From NCBI RefSeq assembly GCF_011745625.1, contig NW_027191489.1:124001-188000 (forward strand): a stretch of 64,000 bases of DNA, written 5' to 3'. Of this stretch, positions 36,231 through 47,341 are shown piece after piece. Position 1 is the first letter of the stretch. Each line of letters begins with the position of its first letter. A program made the position numbers and the translations under genes. The DNA comes from Cladosporium halotolerans (Eukaryota). The notes below the pieces were generated by a model. The model saw only the letters and a program-made list of their open reading frames with translations, had not been told where the DNA came from and searched no databases.

Positions 36231-36989
36231 CTACTGACGGATTGCATTTCTTTCACGCTTGGATTTCAAAATCGTCGCCAGCTCATTGTTCGCCCCTCTC
36301 AGCCGCGCGACATCCAAATTCTCTTGCCAATCATAATGCCGGTGGATTTCACTGCTGAAAACGCACTGCAAGCAGTCCGTGATCGGCGATCGGAACCTCA
36401 TTCTCCATTCTAAAGCCATGTTGCGGATCTTGACTTCCCGCAAAGACGGGATGTCATAATCGCAGACGTGGCCTCGGATCGCGATAGAATAGCACATCGC
36501 CTCGTCGTCGAGTTTCAAGGTCAACTTCTCGAGACGAGTGAAAAAGTGGGCGAGAGTAGCGAAGGTAAAGCGCAGAGGGGTTGGCCTATGCCATCTGAAC
36601 TTCGGCCAGTGCATACCGTCGATGTACATTTGGCGCACGAAACCGAGGTGCGATGCTAGCGCTGGCGATCGCAAAGCTGTTCTGGCTAGTGCCTCGACCT
36701 GGGAGATGTGGTCTATGGAGAGGACGCTTGCGTGCATGCACATTGGGAGAGCGTCTTTGAGGACTTGCTTGCTCGCGAGGAGGAACGGAAACGCGCGGGC
36801 CAGATCGACCGCGAGTGACACTTCCGGGTTGCTGGAGGGGAGAAGATCCTTGAGAGAGAAGCTCTTGATTTGTATGGATTCGCCATTGTACCCCTCAATG
36901 CAAAGCTGGTAGATGGGATTGCGAATCTCGGGTGGCAGGTCGAAGAAAGTCTTCTTGTGTCGTTGCTCAGAGGTCGTTGAAGAGGCCAT
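36231..36989 (-). CDS. F-box-like/DUF7730-like hypothetical protein
   Basis: TFFDLPPEIRNPIYQLC, PFLLASKQV, RLEKLTLKL. Confidence 0.7.
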   Translation of the reverse strand: MASSTTSEQRHKKTFFDLPPEIRNPIYQLCIEGYNGESIQIKSFSLKDLLPSSNPEVSLAVDLARAFPFLLASKQVLKDALPMCMHASVLSIDHISQVEALARTALRSPALASHLGFVRQMYIDGMHWPKFRWHRPTPLRFTFATLAHFFTRLEKLTLKLDDEAMCYSIAIRGHVCDYDIPSLREVKIRNMALEWRMRFRSPITDCLQCVFSSEIHRHYDWQENLDVARLRGANNELATILKSKRERNAIRQ

Positions 36990-37362
36990 GTTTTCGTTTG
37001 ATCTTCAGTTTTCAGCAAAAGCTGGTTAGATGTGTGTGTTTAAGAGAACAGCACGCGGTCGCGTCGCTTAAATCAAGACTCCAGATCTCATGCACTGATG
37101 CTTCCTGCATTTGACTTCTGGTTTCTCCCATGCAACCGGGGCGAAGTGCTGAGAGGACAACAATCCCCACTCGCTGATTCGTCCGCAAGGAAAGCTGTGT
37201 CAGATCGGACAACCTCGTACCCTGGGTCCCCGTTCAATCACACAAGTGGGATGATATGTCTTCATGATCATGCTCCTTGAGCGCAACCAATTCAGGCTTG
37301 ACGTATTCTCAGATCCCAGACAGCAGGCTTGACGGTAGAGACACTCCCACCCAGGGGCCAAT

Positions 37363-37722
37363 CTAATTTCCCTTCATCTTCTCAATCGGCAGTTCCATAC
37401 CGACCCTCCTCGCCGTCAATCTAACACGCTCCTCATCGTCCATGTTCATTCCGGGGTTGTAGCGCTCCACAAGAGTGGTGTACAGGCGCTGTTGCTTGAG
37501 GTACACCATCATCTCCTCGGCTTCTTGCAGCCTGGCCTCTGCCGACTTTGTCTGCAGCTGGTGAGATAAAGAGCGTGATTCGGGCGCGGACTCCGTGATG
37601 ATGTCGCTCTTCAATTGCTGCTGCATGGGAGATGGGTTGGCGAGCAGGGAAGGTTTGCGGGAAGGCAGCTCGCGCAAGAAGCGGCGGTAGACTGAGCGGA
37701 GACGGGGCGCGTGAGCGGACAT
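37363..37722 (-). CDS. FMC1: Mitochondrial ATP synthase assembly factor Fmc1
   Basis: LYR-like RSVYRRFLREL and C-terminal YTTLVERYNPG..EERVRLTARRVGMELP. Confidence 0.9.
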   Translation of the reverse strand: MSAHAPRLRSVYRRFLRELPSRKPSLLANPSPMQQQLKSDIITESAPESRSLSHQLQTKSAEARLQEAEEMMVYLKQQRLYTTLVERYNPGMNMDDEERVRLTARRVGMELPIEKMKGN

Positions 37723-37937
37723 GTTTTCGATGATTCAATTGTTGTTGGAGCTTCTTAGATGCTGAGAAGATTGACTGCACCGATCAAGGTCGTTGGAGGG
37801 TTGATGCAATTGATGGCACCGTAGCCAATTTGCGGAGAAACTGGTTGCTTTCGGAGGTGAGCACGGGCCCGCCAAAGCCTCGGTCTACCTCACTTACAGA
37901 ACCCTCGAAACCTGTGGACCGCCGATCTCTAACAACC

Positions 37938-39005
37938 ATGGACCTTCTCCACCTACCAGCCAGTTTACGGCGGTCGCTAATATCAACTTTACGAACGCCC
38001 ACAGCTACCTACACCCGCATCTTCGCCACTAAATCCACACCGCAACCACAACCCGAAACCCATCTCACGCTCTCATCTTCAACTCTCAACTCCTACACAA
38101 CTTCCAACCCTCCCACGACCGACCAACTACACCATGCCTCGCGCTTCTTTCAACGAGCCTCTCCCCACCTGCTCTTCACAGCCTACTACTTCCGATCCTT
38201 CCCACCCAGCCAGCACCCCGAAGTCGCCTTTCTGGGGCGCTCGAACGTCGGCAAATCCTCCCTTCTGAACGCTCTTTTTGGCCGACCCAATGAGCGACCC
38301 GCGCACGTGTCCAAGAAGCCCGGCAAGACGCGCACGATGAACGGCTTTGGCGTCGGCGGGCAGGGCATGAGTCGGGCGCCGCTCGAGGGCGAGCGCGAGG
38401 TGGCTTGGAAACGCTTTGGGCGCGGAGGTGCAGTCGTAGTGGATATGCCGGGGTATGGAGGGGGGAGTAGAGAGGAATGGGGGAAGGAGGCATTGAAGTA
38501 TTTGACGGGGAGGAAGCAGTTGAGACGGACGTTCGTGCTGATTGATGCGGAGCATGGGCTTAAGAGTTCGGATGTCACACTGCTGACGCATTTGAGGGGG
38601 GAGGGTGTGCCTTTCACGGTGGTTCTGAGCAAAGTGGATAAGCTGCTTTGTCCTACTTCAAAGCTGCCGACGGCGGGCAAACTGAGTGGAGGGTTGCAGA
38701 AGCTCAGCGAGACTTGCGAGAAGGTACGAGCGAAGTTGAGAGAGGCTTACGATGATGGGAGGCCGGTCACGGACGATATTCTGTGTGTCAGTGCGGAGAA
38801 ATCACTTGATGAGAAGAGCAGGTTCAGCTCGAAGTTGGGCATTGACGAGCTCAGGTGGGCTATTCTGAATGCGACTGGCTTGGACAGTGACGAGAAAGGA
38901 GGGCGGAAACGACTGACTCCTCGTGCGATGGATATCGACGTCGTAAACGACGAGGTAAAAAGCAACGAGGAGCCAACCGGTGTGATGTGGAAGCCAGAGG
39001 CGTGA
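37938..39005 (+). CDS. EngB/YihA-family GTPase (mitochondrial Mrx8-like)
   Basis: G1 PEVAFLGRSNVGKSSLLN, SKKPGKT, G3 DMPGYG, G4 SKVDK. Basic presequence-like N-terminus. Confidence 0.9.
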   Translation: MDLLHLPASLRRSLISTLRTPTATYTRIFATKSTPQPQPETHLTLSSSTLNSYTTSNPPTTDQLHHASRFFQRASPHLLFTAYYFRSFPPSQHPEVAFLGRSNVGKSSLLNALFGRPNERPAHVSKKPGKTRTMNGFGVGGQGMSRAPLEGEREVAWKRFGRGGAVVVDMPGYGGGSREEWGKEALKYLTGRKQLRRTFVLIDAEHGLKSSDVTLLTHLRGEGVPFTVVLSKVDKLLCPTSKLPTAGKLSGGLQKLSETCEKVRAKLREAYDDGRPVTDDILCVSAEKSLDEKSRFSSKLGIDELRWAILNATGLDSDEKGGRKRLTPRAMDIDVVNDEVKSNEEPTGVMWKPEA

Positions 39006-40220
39006 AGTAGGCGTTCTCTTGAGTCATTCGCATGATCAGCGGAGTTCCTTGCCCTTCAACTCGGCTGAAATACGTTCGCTGTCCCCGGCTGTCTTTTCTC
39101 TTGGTTCCGCAAACTGCGAAACTCCATAGATCTGGAGTCGACCTGCCGACGCTCTATTAATTCCTGAAAATGGTTTAGAGTACGGCGTTGTGTACTGGTA
39201 CTCATCAGTGCAGGTTTCTGGCAGTGGTCCCTTTTCATCACCTCTGGCTAAACTCCACCCACTCCACCCTTCGAGAGGCGATCCTCTTCCAGTCGACTTC
39301 TCGCCATTAAGGCTCCCCTTGCCGTGCGCTGCAGCCTACTCAGACGCTCATCCGCGAATGTGATAGTTTATCTTGTATAATGAAAGTCTAGGTGGCAAGC
39401 AATAGACGTGCCTTTTCCCTTCGATGTTGCAGCTTGATTCTATCAATAGATGTGACCAAGGGAATTCTAAGAAGCCTCGATTGCTTGAGCCGCCAAGTGG
39501 AAAAGCAAAGCTGGTGGCTGTTGTAGTTTATTAATGATTGGCGTCAGATCGATCGATTGTCGTTCAGCTGCGTACAGAGCTTGCCATGAAATGAGGCACA
39601 AATCTAACCATGCATTAATTCTAGGACTTGTCCAGAACAAAAGAAAAAGAAAGAGGCAACGTCAATTTCTTAAACCCCAACACTTGTTGTGAATGCTTTC
39701 CAAACGAGGCGCCAGGGAGCAAAAGGATTGCAGCTTCTGTGGATCGAACACAGTACCTCCAGATACCGCACAGAATGCTTTGACATGAAGTGAACTTCAG
39801 TCTGGCGCTCTCCCATGTGAGCTAAAGCTGCTATTTGATGAAATCACATCTGGCAAATTATATCATAGTGTGCAATCAATGCAAAATGCGTACATCCAAC
39901 GGTGATGAACCACTACAGCTACCACAGAGAAGCCGGCTCAGATGACTTGATCTGTTCTTCTCGAAGTCGCAACAAGCACGAATGATACTAGATCTTCACA
40001 TGTGACAAGTAGTCTTAAGCTTCTTTTCGACTCGAAAAGCATTCTCTAGTGCACTCTATTCAGGCTCGCTCAGCAGAAGCGCAGAGGAAGCGAGTTTCTA
40101 TTGAGGCTAGCTAGCCTTAGGTATCGTCCAACCGAGTCCGCCCCACGGGAAGGCCTACTCAGGCGCCCTCCAATTGGGCAAATTCTCGTTGAGGAAAGCA
40201 GACACTCATCAAAAGGAAAA

Positions 40221-40605
40221 TCAGCTCTTCATTCTGACTCCAGCGTCTTCAATCTCCTCGTGACATCTTTCATCAGAACCCCTCCCCTCAAGCAAAAGCC
40301 AACTAACACCCAGCACCCAGAGACCGACTCTTCTTCGTCCTGCTCCGCGGCGAAATCCCAGCCCGCCACTCCATGTCCGTCCGAGTATCTGAGCGCGGGC
40401 GGGATGAACGACATCATGGCGGATATGCTCGTTATGAGTATTCTCGTGCAAACGGGGGATTGGACTTTTCAGGTGGCGGGTGAGTTGGCGGATGGGAGGA
40501 GTTTGTTTGCGTTGGAGATGACGCAGTCTTTGGAAGGGAGGCCTGGTTGGAGATGATGCAAAGTTGGTAAAGAATACTGCGTCGCGGGAGAGTAAGCGAA
40601 GCCAT
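40221..40605 (-). pseudogene. Possible decayed F-box-like gene remnant
   Basis: MASLTLPRRSILYQLCII resembles the family start motif. The frame stops at 40432 and the rest is split over other frames. Confidence 0.2.
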
Positions 40606-40768
40606 CGTAAAAGGTAGTTCTGAGATGAAGAAAGCCGTAATCGAAAGTGCAGCAGCATTACAATCCATAGAATTCCATCCAAAACACCAGTCTAAAGTAT
40701 AGTACTAATCAGTCGCTATGCATCGCTCAGAACGCAGCAGTCATGAGAACCAAATTCAGTAAGTCTCA

Positions 40769-42253
40769 TCACCAATAACCCGGACAATCAACATCAACAA
40801 CCTCACTCAGACCCTTCGCATCAACAACAAGCGCACTCAGCTTCCCACCCCCCACACATCCCGAATCCAACCCCTTGCTCCATCGCTTAATCCTCAACCC
40901 ACCCTTCGAATCGTGCCCATAGACCACCACCTTCGGCTTATCGCCATTCTTCGCCCGCCCCGCATACTCCCTGACGCCACTCTCCGCCGAATCCCACACC
41001 CTGCCCAGAAATCCCAACGATTCCGTGCTCGCGCCTTGCGCCGGGGAACTGAACTTCCTAAACCCCCTCGTCGACTTGTGCCGGAACAGGTGGTCGTTGT
41101 ACCAGCCCCAGACGTTGCGCCAGGGGCGGTTGTACTTGCCGACTTTGCCGCCGCGGCGGCCGGCGCGGTCGGCGGAGGGCACGTGGGAGACGGCGTGCAG
41201 GGAGCGCATGTTGGTGACGAAGTAGGGGTCCTGCTTCTCGAGGGGGAGGGCGGGGACGAGGCCGGCGTGGACGACGAGGATCGGCTCGGCGATGGGGGAG
41301 GTGGTGGAGGCGGTTGGTTTGCCGGCTTGCGGGAGGGGGCGGATGCGGAGGATGAGGGGCATTTGCTGGATGTAGTGGAGGTGGCGGCGGTGGAGGGTTT
41401 TGAGGGTGCGGGCGTCGCGGTGGGCGATGTTGGTTGTGGAGACGAGCGAGTCGGTGTCTTGAAGTGTGGGCTGGAAGGCTTCGGGGAGGGAGGAGAAGGT
41501 GTCGTAGACGGTTTTGGCGGTGTGGATGAGGCGGTCTTCGTGGTTGCCGCGGACGGTGGTGGCGTTGAGGTGAATGAGGTGGTCGAGGACGGCGGCGCTG
41601 TGGGGGCCTTTGTTGATGGTGTCGCCGGCTGCGATGAGGTGGTCGTGCTTGGGGTCGAAGTTAACTTTGTGTAGCAAGGCCTTGAGCTCGTCTCTGCAGC
41701 CGTGGATGTCGCCGACGAAGACAAGCCGCCGTTTCCCATGCGGATCGTTCTCGCCTCCAGGGATGAACATCTCATCCAGATCCTGAATCTTGACCGCGCC
41801 ATGCTGAAATTGGCCTCCCATCGCAAGGCCAATCGTGTTCAGCTTGACCTTCCCATCCTCCACCTGGTTTATGAACCCACCCCGCATCCTCTCGTCCACA
41901 ATCTCCGGGTACACAATGTAATGCACAACGGCAAAGACCAGCAATCCAACCCCAACCATCGCGCTCCAAAAGCGCCAGGACCTTCCTTTTCTGTTGACCC
42001 AACTCTCCTCATCACTAAAATCACAGCACCCGGGTGACTCCTGCTCGTATTCCCAATAGTCCTCCTCTTCGTCCTTCTCGTCTCGGTGCTCGTCGTATAC
42101 ATTCTCCAGAAGCGGCTGTCGCATCACAGCGTTGTGCGGATGCGCGGGAAGAGGCATCGCGCCCTCGCGCCTGTCTGCCTGCAGACGGGCCTGGATATCA
42201 TTGAGCGGCTCATTCTCGTCCTCGTCCTGGCTGTAGCGATTGTGGGCCGACAT
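40769..42253 (-). CDS. Membrane-anchored metallophosphoesterase, Ppn2/ApaH-like
   Basis: One TM segment, then GDIHG, GDTINKG, RGNHE, VHAG, YGHD, GLDSGCV. Confidence 0.88.
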   Translation of the reverse strand: MSAHNRYSQDEDENEPLNDIQARLQADRREGAMPLPAHPHNAVMRQPLLENVYDEHRDEKDEEEDYWEYEQESPGCCDFSDEESWVNRKGRSWRFWSAMVGVGLLVFAVVHYIVYPEIVDERMRGGFINQVEDGKVKLNTIGLAMGGQFQHGAVKIQDLDEMFIPGGENDPHGKRRLVFVGDIHGCRDELKALLHKVNFDPKHDHLIAAGDTINKGPHSAAVLDHLIHLNATTVRGNHEDRLIHTAKTVYDTFSSLPEAFQPTLQDTDSLVSTTNIAHRDARTLKTLHRRHLHYIQQMPLILRIRPLPQAGKPTASTTSPIAEPILVVHAGLVPALPLEKQDPYFVTNMRSLHAVSHVPSADRAGRRGGKVGKYNRPWRNVWGWYNDHLFRHKSTRGFRKFSSPAQGASTESLGFLGRVWDSAESGVREYAGRAKNGDKPKVVVYGHDSKGGLRIKRWSKGLDSGCVGGGKLSALVVDAKGLSEVVDVDCPGYW

Positions 42254-42663
42254 GCTGTCGGGGTGGCGGATGACGTCGGCTCTCTCCTTCTAGTGTGTTC
42301 CAGTCGAGCGCAAAGAGTGGTTGTGTGCATGTGTACTGGTACTCCAAGTCTTGCTGTTGCATGTGAAGTGTCACGCGACCGCCTCTCCGCCTTCTAATGT
42401 ATCCAGCTCGGCGCCGAGAGGGACAGCGCAGGAGCGTTGGCAATTGTGTTTTGGGCCAGGCACGCCAGGCACAGGGATCACGACGACCGCTGCCAGGGCT
42501 CGGATCGACGGACTTTCTGCAGGGGCGCGCCGGCTGAGCCGTGCCGAGACACGTGGGCTGCGCGCTGGCTGTCGCATCGCTGCGAGGCCACCTTCTTGGT
42601 CAGGGCGGTGATGAGATTTCGCACCTCTGCCGCACCGACGCAAGCCTTTCTCTTATTACACGC

Positions 42664-43632
42664 ATGGCACCTGACACGGCAAGACAGGACGCGCTCGTAG
42701 ATGCGACATGTCGTGCAACGAAGCTCTCCTGGTGGAGCACCGAGGCCGACGTTCTAAACAGCAGCAAACGGGAAATCATAGACGCGTATGACAATGCCGA
42801 GTCCCATGCGATCGCCCGCAGAGTCTCCGAGCGTTTCCTCGTGAAGAGGTGCGTGCCGGGAATTGGGGCAACGGAGTTCAGCAACCAGAAACACGCCTGG
42901 GAGAAACTAGACGGCAGTGACATCGGCAACAGACGCAAAATGCGCATACCGCGGCCAGTCCGATGCATCCAAGATCGGCCTCCGGACTCCCTGCCTTTCG
43001 ATTTCATCGTGATGGAGTTTCTCGATGGGGTGACGGTAGAAGACAGCCTTGGCGAAGCCAACGTCTCCGCTGCCACAAAGGCCATCCACATGATCTTTGA
43101 GAAGACAGCGAAGTCTGATGAGCGGAGACAGCCAGGCCCGGTGAGTGGAGGGCAGGCCTCCGGGTTCCCATGGGGGGATTCCTACTGCGAATCAGCCTTC
43201 TCCTGTGTGGAGGATCTCCAGCGGTGCGTTGACAAGCGCTTGCGACAACGCGCAATAGCCAAGGGGCAACCCGTGAGCAATCTTCCCCTCTCCGGCCGCC
43301 AATTCGGGCTCTGCCATATGGACTTAGAGTTGCGCAACATCATAGCCATGTCGAATGGAGATATTGCGATCGTCGATTGGGAAAGCGCAGGCTATTACCC
43401 TGCTGAGTTTGAGCTGGCCTCTTTGACCTACTGGGCTGGGTTCTGCACCGGGGAGCGTAGGGAGGTTATGGAGGGCATATGTGTCAGTATGGCTCGGACT
43501 TGTGCCCACATATCAGACTGCAACCTCTTGCATCTAGTTCAGAGCCAGAGCCTTGCATGGAGCGTAAGTCAACGTGCCCTCAAAGGTTGTACATTGGTTC
43601 AATTCTGCTGACTATGGAAGTTTGGTCCCTGA
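42664..43632 (+). CDS. APH/choline-kinase-like phosphotransferase
   Basis: Motifs LVK, IVMEFLDG, HMDLELRNII, IVDWESAGYYPAEFE. Probable terminal intron 43564-43620 giving ...AWSFGP-stop. Confidence 0.82.
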
Positions 43633-44115
43633 GATGCTGTAGGGAAGTGGCAGCATGCTGTATCTGGCGTTATCATGAGGTTTTGGCAGTGGCTGAACGG
43701 AATGATTCTCGCAGTGCTAAGTGAATGATTTCGAAGAATACCGCCCCGCAACCAGTCTTGTGTTGCCTTAGGGTATACGAGCCTAAATTGGAAGTACAGG
43801 CTGTGCTCCGCGGCTTTGTAAGCGTATAGGCTAACATAGGAGGCGGCATATGACCTGGTCTCCACCCTCACGGGCCTGCTCAGATTTTTGAGGATCCTAC
43901 GATGCGATTTGACGGCCAGTCTCTCAGGAATGGGCTCACGGACCCTATCTGCAATCATATGACCTCCACTTTTGCGAGCTTAACTTACAGGCTACGACAG
44001 CACAGCTAGTTGCTACATCCAACCAAAGGAAATTGGAAGAAAAAGAGCTAAAGAATGGGCCTCATCGGATGGTGGTTATATCCCATTCTGGCCGATCAAT
44101 GCAGGCTACTCGAGC

Positions 44116-45382
44116 CTAATCATCATCTTCGGATTCGGAAGACCCGTCCTCCGGTCCGGACATATCGACCACCGCCGCCAAAAATCGGGCAAAGACAGAG
44201 GCTTGCGCTTCCAGGCTTGAAGTTTGACGGAATTGTACCAAAGGCTGGAATGCGCTTCGAATTGCTGCCTCGGCGATCGCGTACCTGCCGCGCAATGCCC
44301 GGCAAAGCTCTTGAATGTAATCGGTCTGCGAGAAGAATATCATATCGTGAGCCTGATCACACTCGAACCCTTGCTCGTTGGCTATGTCCGCAATTTGCCT
44401 GAGAGCACGCGACCGAGCCATATCTGTACGATGTGCATCAATCATCTTGCGGGCCTCAGAAATGGCCCCGGTAGCTCGCTCGATATCAAAGTGCATCTGA
44501 GCGGTCGAAGCTTGTCGAATCATTTCGTGCTGTCGACTGATAGCGGTTTGCAGTGCTTGGATTTTCATGCGGCACGGCTGGAGCGCCATCATATGGCTCT
44601 GGACGGTGTCCGATCTCGATGCGGCCAATGCCCGGCAGACAAGGTCAAGTCCCTGACTGTCCACATTTGAGAGAAGCCGCAAGACCATTTGGACGTCTAC
44701 GCAAGATGTCTGCCGGCACAAGAAAAGCCCTGGAACCGGTACCTGTTGGCTTGGCTTTAGGTCTCGATCCCATCGGTTCCAAAGAAGGCGAGTGAGTGAT
44801 GGATTGGCATCAATTGCTTGATCAAAATTCATCTGAGCTAGGAAGCCGTCCTCTCTGAGCCTCTTTGCCAATGCAAAGCTGCTGCCAATCAGTTCTCGTT
44901 CGCATCAAGACAGTCTCCAGAACCACTCACACCCACATTCTGCATCCAACACTATGTCCGTCAGTGAACGCATATCGGAAGTTGTGGAAATTATGCGATA
45001 TCGCCAAGTCCACCACATCACCGACATTTGGAGAAGACGAGGCAGCGCTAAACCGTTTTGCTGGTTCAAAGTCCTTCGGGCAGCCGCGAGCTTGGAGGTC
45101 AGTGTACACAATCACGCTGTTGGAGGTATGGTAGGGCCTTGGTTGGAGGATCAAACGAGCAGTGGTGTCCATGGTACCAATGCCTCCAACCGGCTTTGTA
45201 TCTACGTGAAAACTTGTGTTGTTGCCGAGGAGAAGGTATATCGAGATATGGTTTTCGCTTTTGGCATTAACCTCCTGCCGGCCGAGCGAATGGGCTGCGA
45301 CGCGAAACACAAATACTTTGGACTTTTTATAGATCTCATACTCTTTCGGGTAGTGGATGGGGGTATCCAAGGCCTTTGGCAT
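44116..45382 (-). CDS. DUF7770-like domain protein with helical C-terminal extension (start uncertain)
   Basis: Motifs NHISIYL and GCRMWV. An intron (GTGAGT at 44930, branch CTGAT, tandem CAGCAG acceptor ~44879-44884) joins the two listed ORFs in frame. Confidence 0.65.
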
Positions 45383-46113
45383 GCTGTCGGGTTTTCCCAG
45401 GACCGGACCAAGATCGTCCAACGTGGATGAAGCGAGGCTATAGTTCTGATTCTCACGGAGGTGGGGCAGATAAGTCAAGCTCGACGAAGGACGACGTTAG
45501 GTAAAGCAAGAGGCAAGATGGATCCGCTGCAATTTCTGCTCGAGGGAGAATGATGAACCTCTATAAATTCAGTTCAGGATGATGTTACTGGTCCTCCAAA
45601 TCGAAGGCGTGACGCCCACCCAAGAGAAACTTATTACCGTCAGAAGCTGGGGAGAAGTCGAGCATGCATTCCTTCCGTTTCGCTTGGGAAGCGAGTTGCG
45701 GCGTTGCTGAAGTCACCTGCTTGAAAGGCTAGGTGCATTAGCTTTCCCCAATCGGCCTGCCAACACTCACGCCGCTTCTCTCATCAAGACTATTGGCGGA
45801 ACCCGTCAAGGAATGCGTCTTGTCACGTGGTTCGATCGGCCGTTGGCCACGAGTGAGTGGTTACGCGAGTTGGTGACAGATAGTGGACCACTTCCGGGGG
45901 AATCGGGTTGCCCTTGACACGCAGCATCTAGCACCATCCTCACAGCCGTCGTGCGCCAAACGAGGGGGTTGCAGCCGTGCATGTCAAATGGAAGTGACAG
46001 AAACTCTATGACATCCACTAAGGATCCAGAAGCCATGTCAATGATTCCACGGCTGTTTGGTTCCGTCGCAATTCCGCATTGGTCTGCCATCCCAAAACAA
46101 ATCCATTGATCAA

Positions 46114-47002
46114 ATGGCTCTCGTTGGCGTCAACTTTGCAGAGGCGAGAGAAGTGCTTGAACGGGCAAGAAATATCCTCATCCTTTTGGGAGCCGGACTC
46201 TCTGCACCATCCGGCATCCCCACCTTCCAAGAAACCTGGGAAAATCGCGATCCTCGCGACATGGCCAATGCTTCATTTTTCCACCAAGATCCCGTGACGA
46301 GCTGGAGATTTTACGAAGACCGCCGTCAGAAAGCACTCAGAGCCGAGCCGAATGCCGGCCACAAAGCAATCGCGCAATTTGCAAGCAGGAATGAGCGTGT
46401 TTTCACTATCACGCAAAACATAGATGGTATGTCGAGAGTATAACATGTATGCATGCACACGCTTACGAGCGTTAGAACTATCTAATCGGTCCGGCCATCC
46501 TTCGCCGAGGCTTGTGAGCCTGCATGGATCTCTCTTCGACGTCAAATGCTCTTCTCAGGATTGCGACTACTTCACAACGAATCATAGTGCCGAGCCTATA
46601 TTCTTCAAATCTGTTCTTCGGGAACTTGAAGAAGGAACCGACGTTGAATGCGCAACCCAACTCCAGCAGGCCGAGATCCCACTTTGCCCATCTTGCAAGA
46701 ACGGCTTACTGCGGCCTGGCGTCGTTTGGTTTGGGGATAAACTCCCCTCCGAATGTCTAGGGCGGATCGATCGTTGGTTCAATAGTGTTGAGCGCATTGA
46801 CCTCGTCATGGTCGTCGGCACTCAAGCTCTAGTACAGCCAGCTGCGTCGTACATCCACCAAAGCGCGGAGAAAGGCGCGAGAGTCATGCATTTCAACAAA
46901 GATGCGCTTCGGCCGGAACAGGAGGATGAGCTGGACGAGATCGACCTTTTCGTGCAAGGTGACGTCGCAGAGTCTCTTCCCTTCCTACTCAACTATACAT
47001 AG
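46114..47002 (+). CDS. Sirtuin, class III (CobB/SIRT5-like), divergent
   Basis: Motifs GAGLSAPSGIPTF, FYEDRR, PNAGH, TQNID, HGSL, Cys4 zinc site, RPGVVWFGD, VVGT. Intron 46427-46475. Confidence 0.88.
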
Positions 47003-47015
47003 CTATGTGTAGTTG
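46990..47015. repeat. 26-bp near-perfect palindrome
   Basis: caactatacatag|ctatgtgtagttg, one mismatch, centred just after the sirtuin TAG. Confidence 0.85.
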
Positions 47016-47032
47016 GCCACGCCTTCCATGAC

Positions 47033-47341
47033 GTGCCGGCAAGTGGTTCCGATGTGCTCGTTCGGACGGCGTCTTTGGCGAATCCTCGGTGTGGAAGGTT
47101 TCCTCCAAGCCGCCCTGTGACGCGATGGCAAGCCGAGGCCGGAATCTCATTGGCGAAAAAAGTCGACCATCAGCTCTCAAATGAGCTCTTCGACACGCTC
47201 GCGGCGCTGCTGCAGACCGGCAAAGTGCGGCCCAAGAGCGTTCTGCAGCTGAAGGGGCGGGACAAGCTGCCGGAGGGGTCTGGGCTGTATCGTGGTGGCA
47301 AGTATTTGGCGCAGAAGATGGCCTACAGAATTTGGCCGTGA
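47033..47341 (+). pseudogene. C-terminal remnant of an MDR/enoyl-reductase-like (ToxD-like) dehydrogenase
   Basis: DVLVRTA...DHQLSNELFDTL..LLQTGKVRP..LKG.DKLPEG..LYRGGK..AQKMAYRI matches the family C-terminus as I recall it. The N-terminal part is absent. Confidence 0.6.

Noticed and set aside
43599..43958. 119-aa minus ORF within the island
   Set aside because: No recognisable motif, and it overlaps the kinase 3' end.
45549..45711. Box C-like ATGATGA suggesting a C/D snoRNA
   Set aside because: No suitably placed D box or terminal stem recognised.
30482..47002. Argonaute plus sirtuin as a eukaryotic counterpart of prokaryotic Sir2-Argonaute defence systems
   Set aside because: They are 12 kb apart with housekeeping genes between. 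The Argonaute is a long eukaryotic type and the sirtuin is a zinc-binding class III deacylase type.
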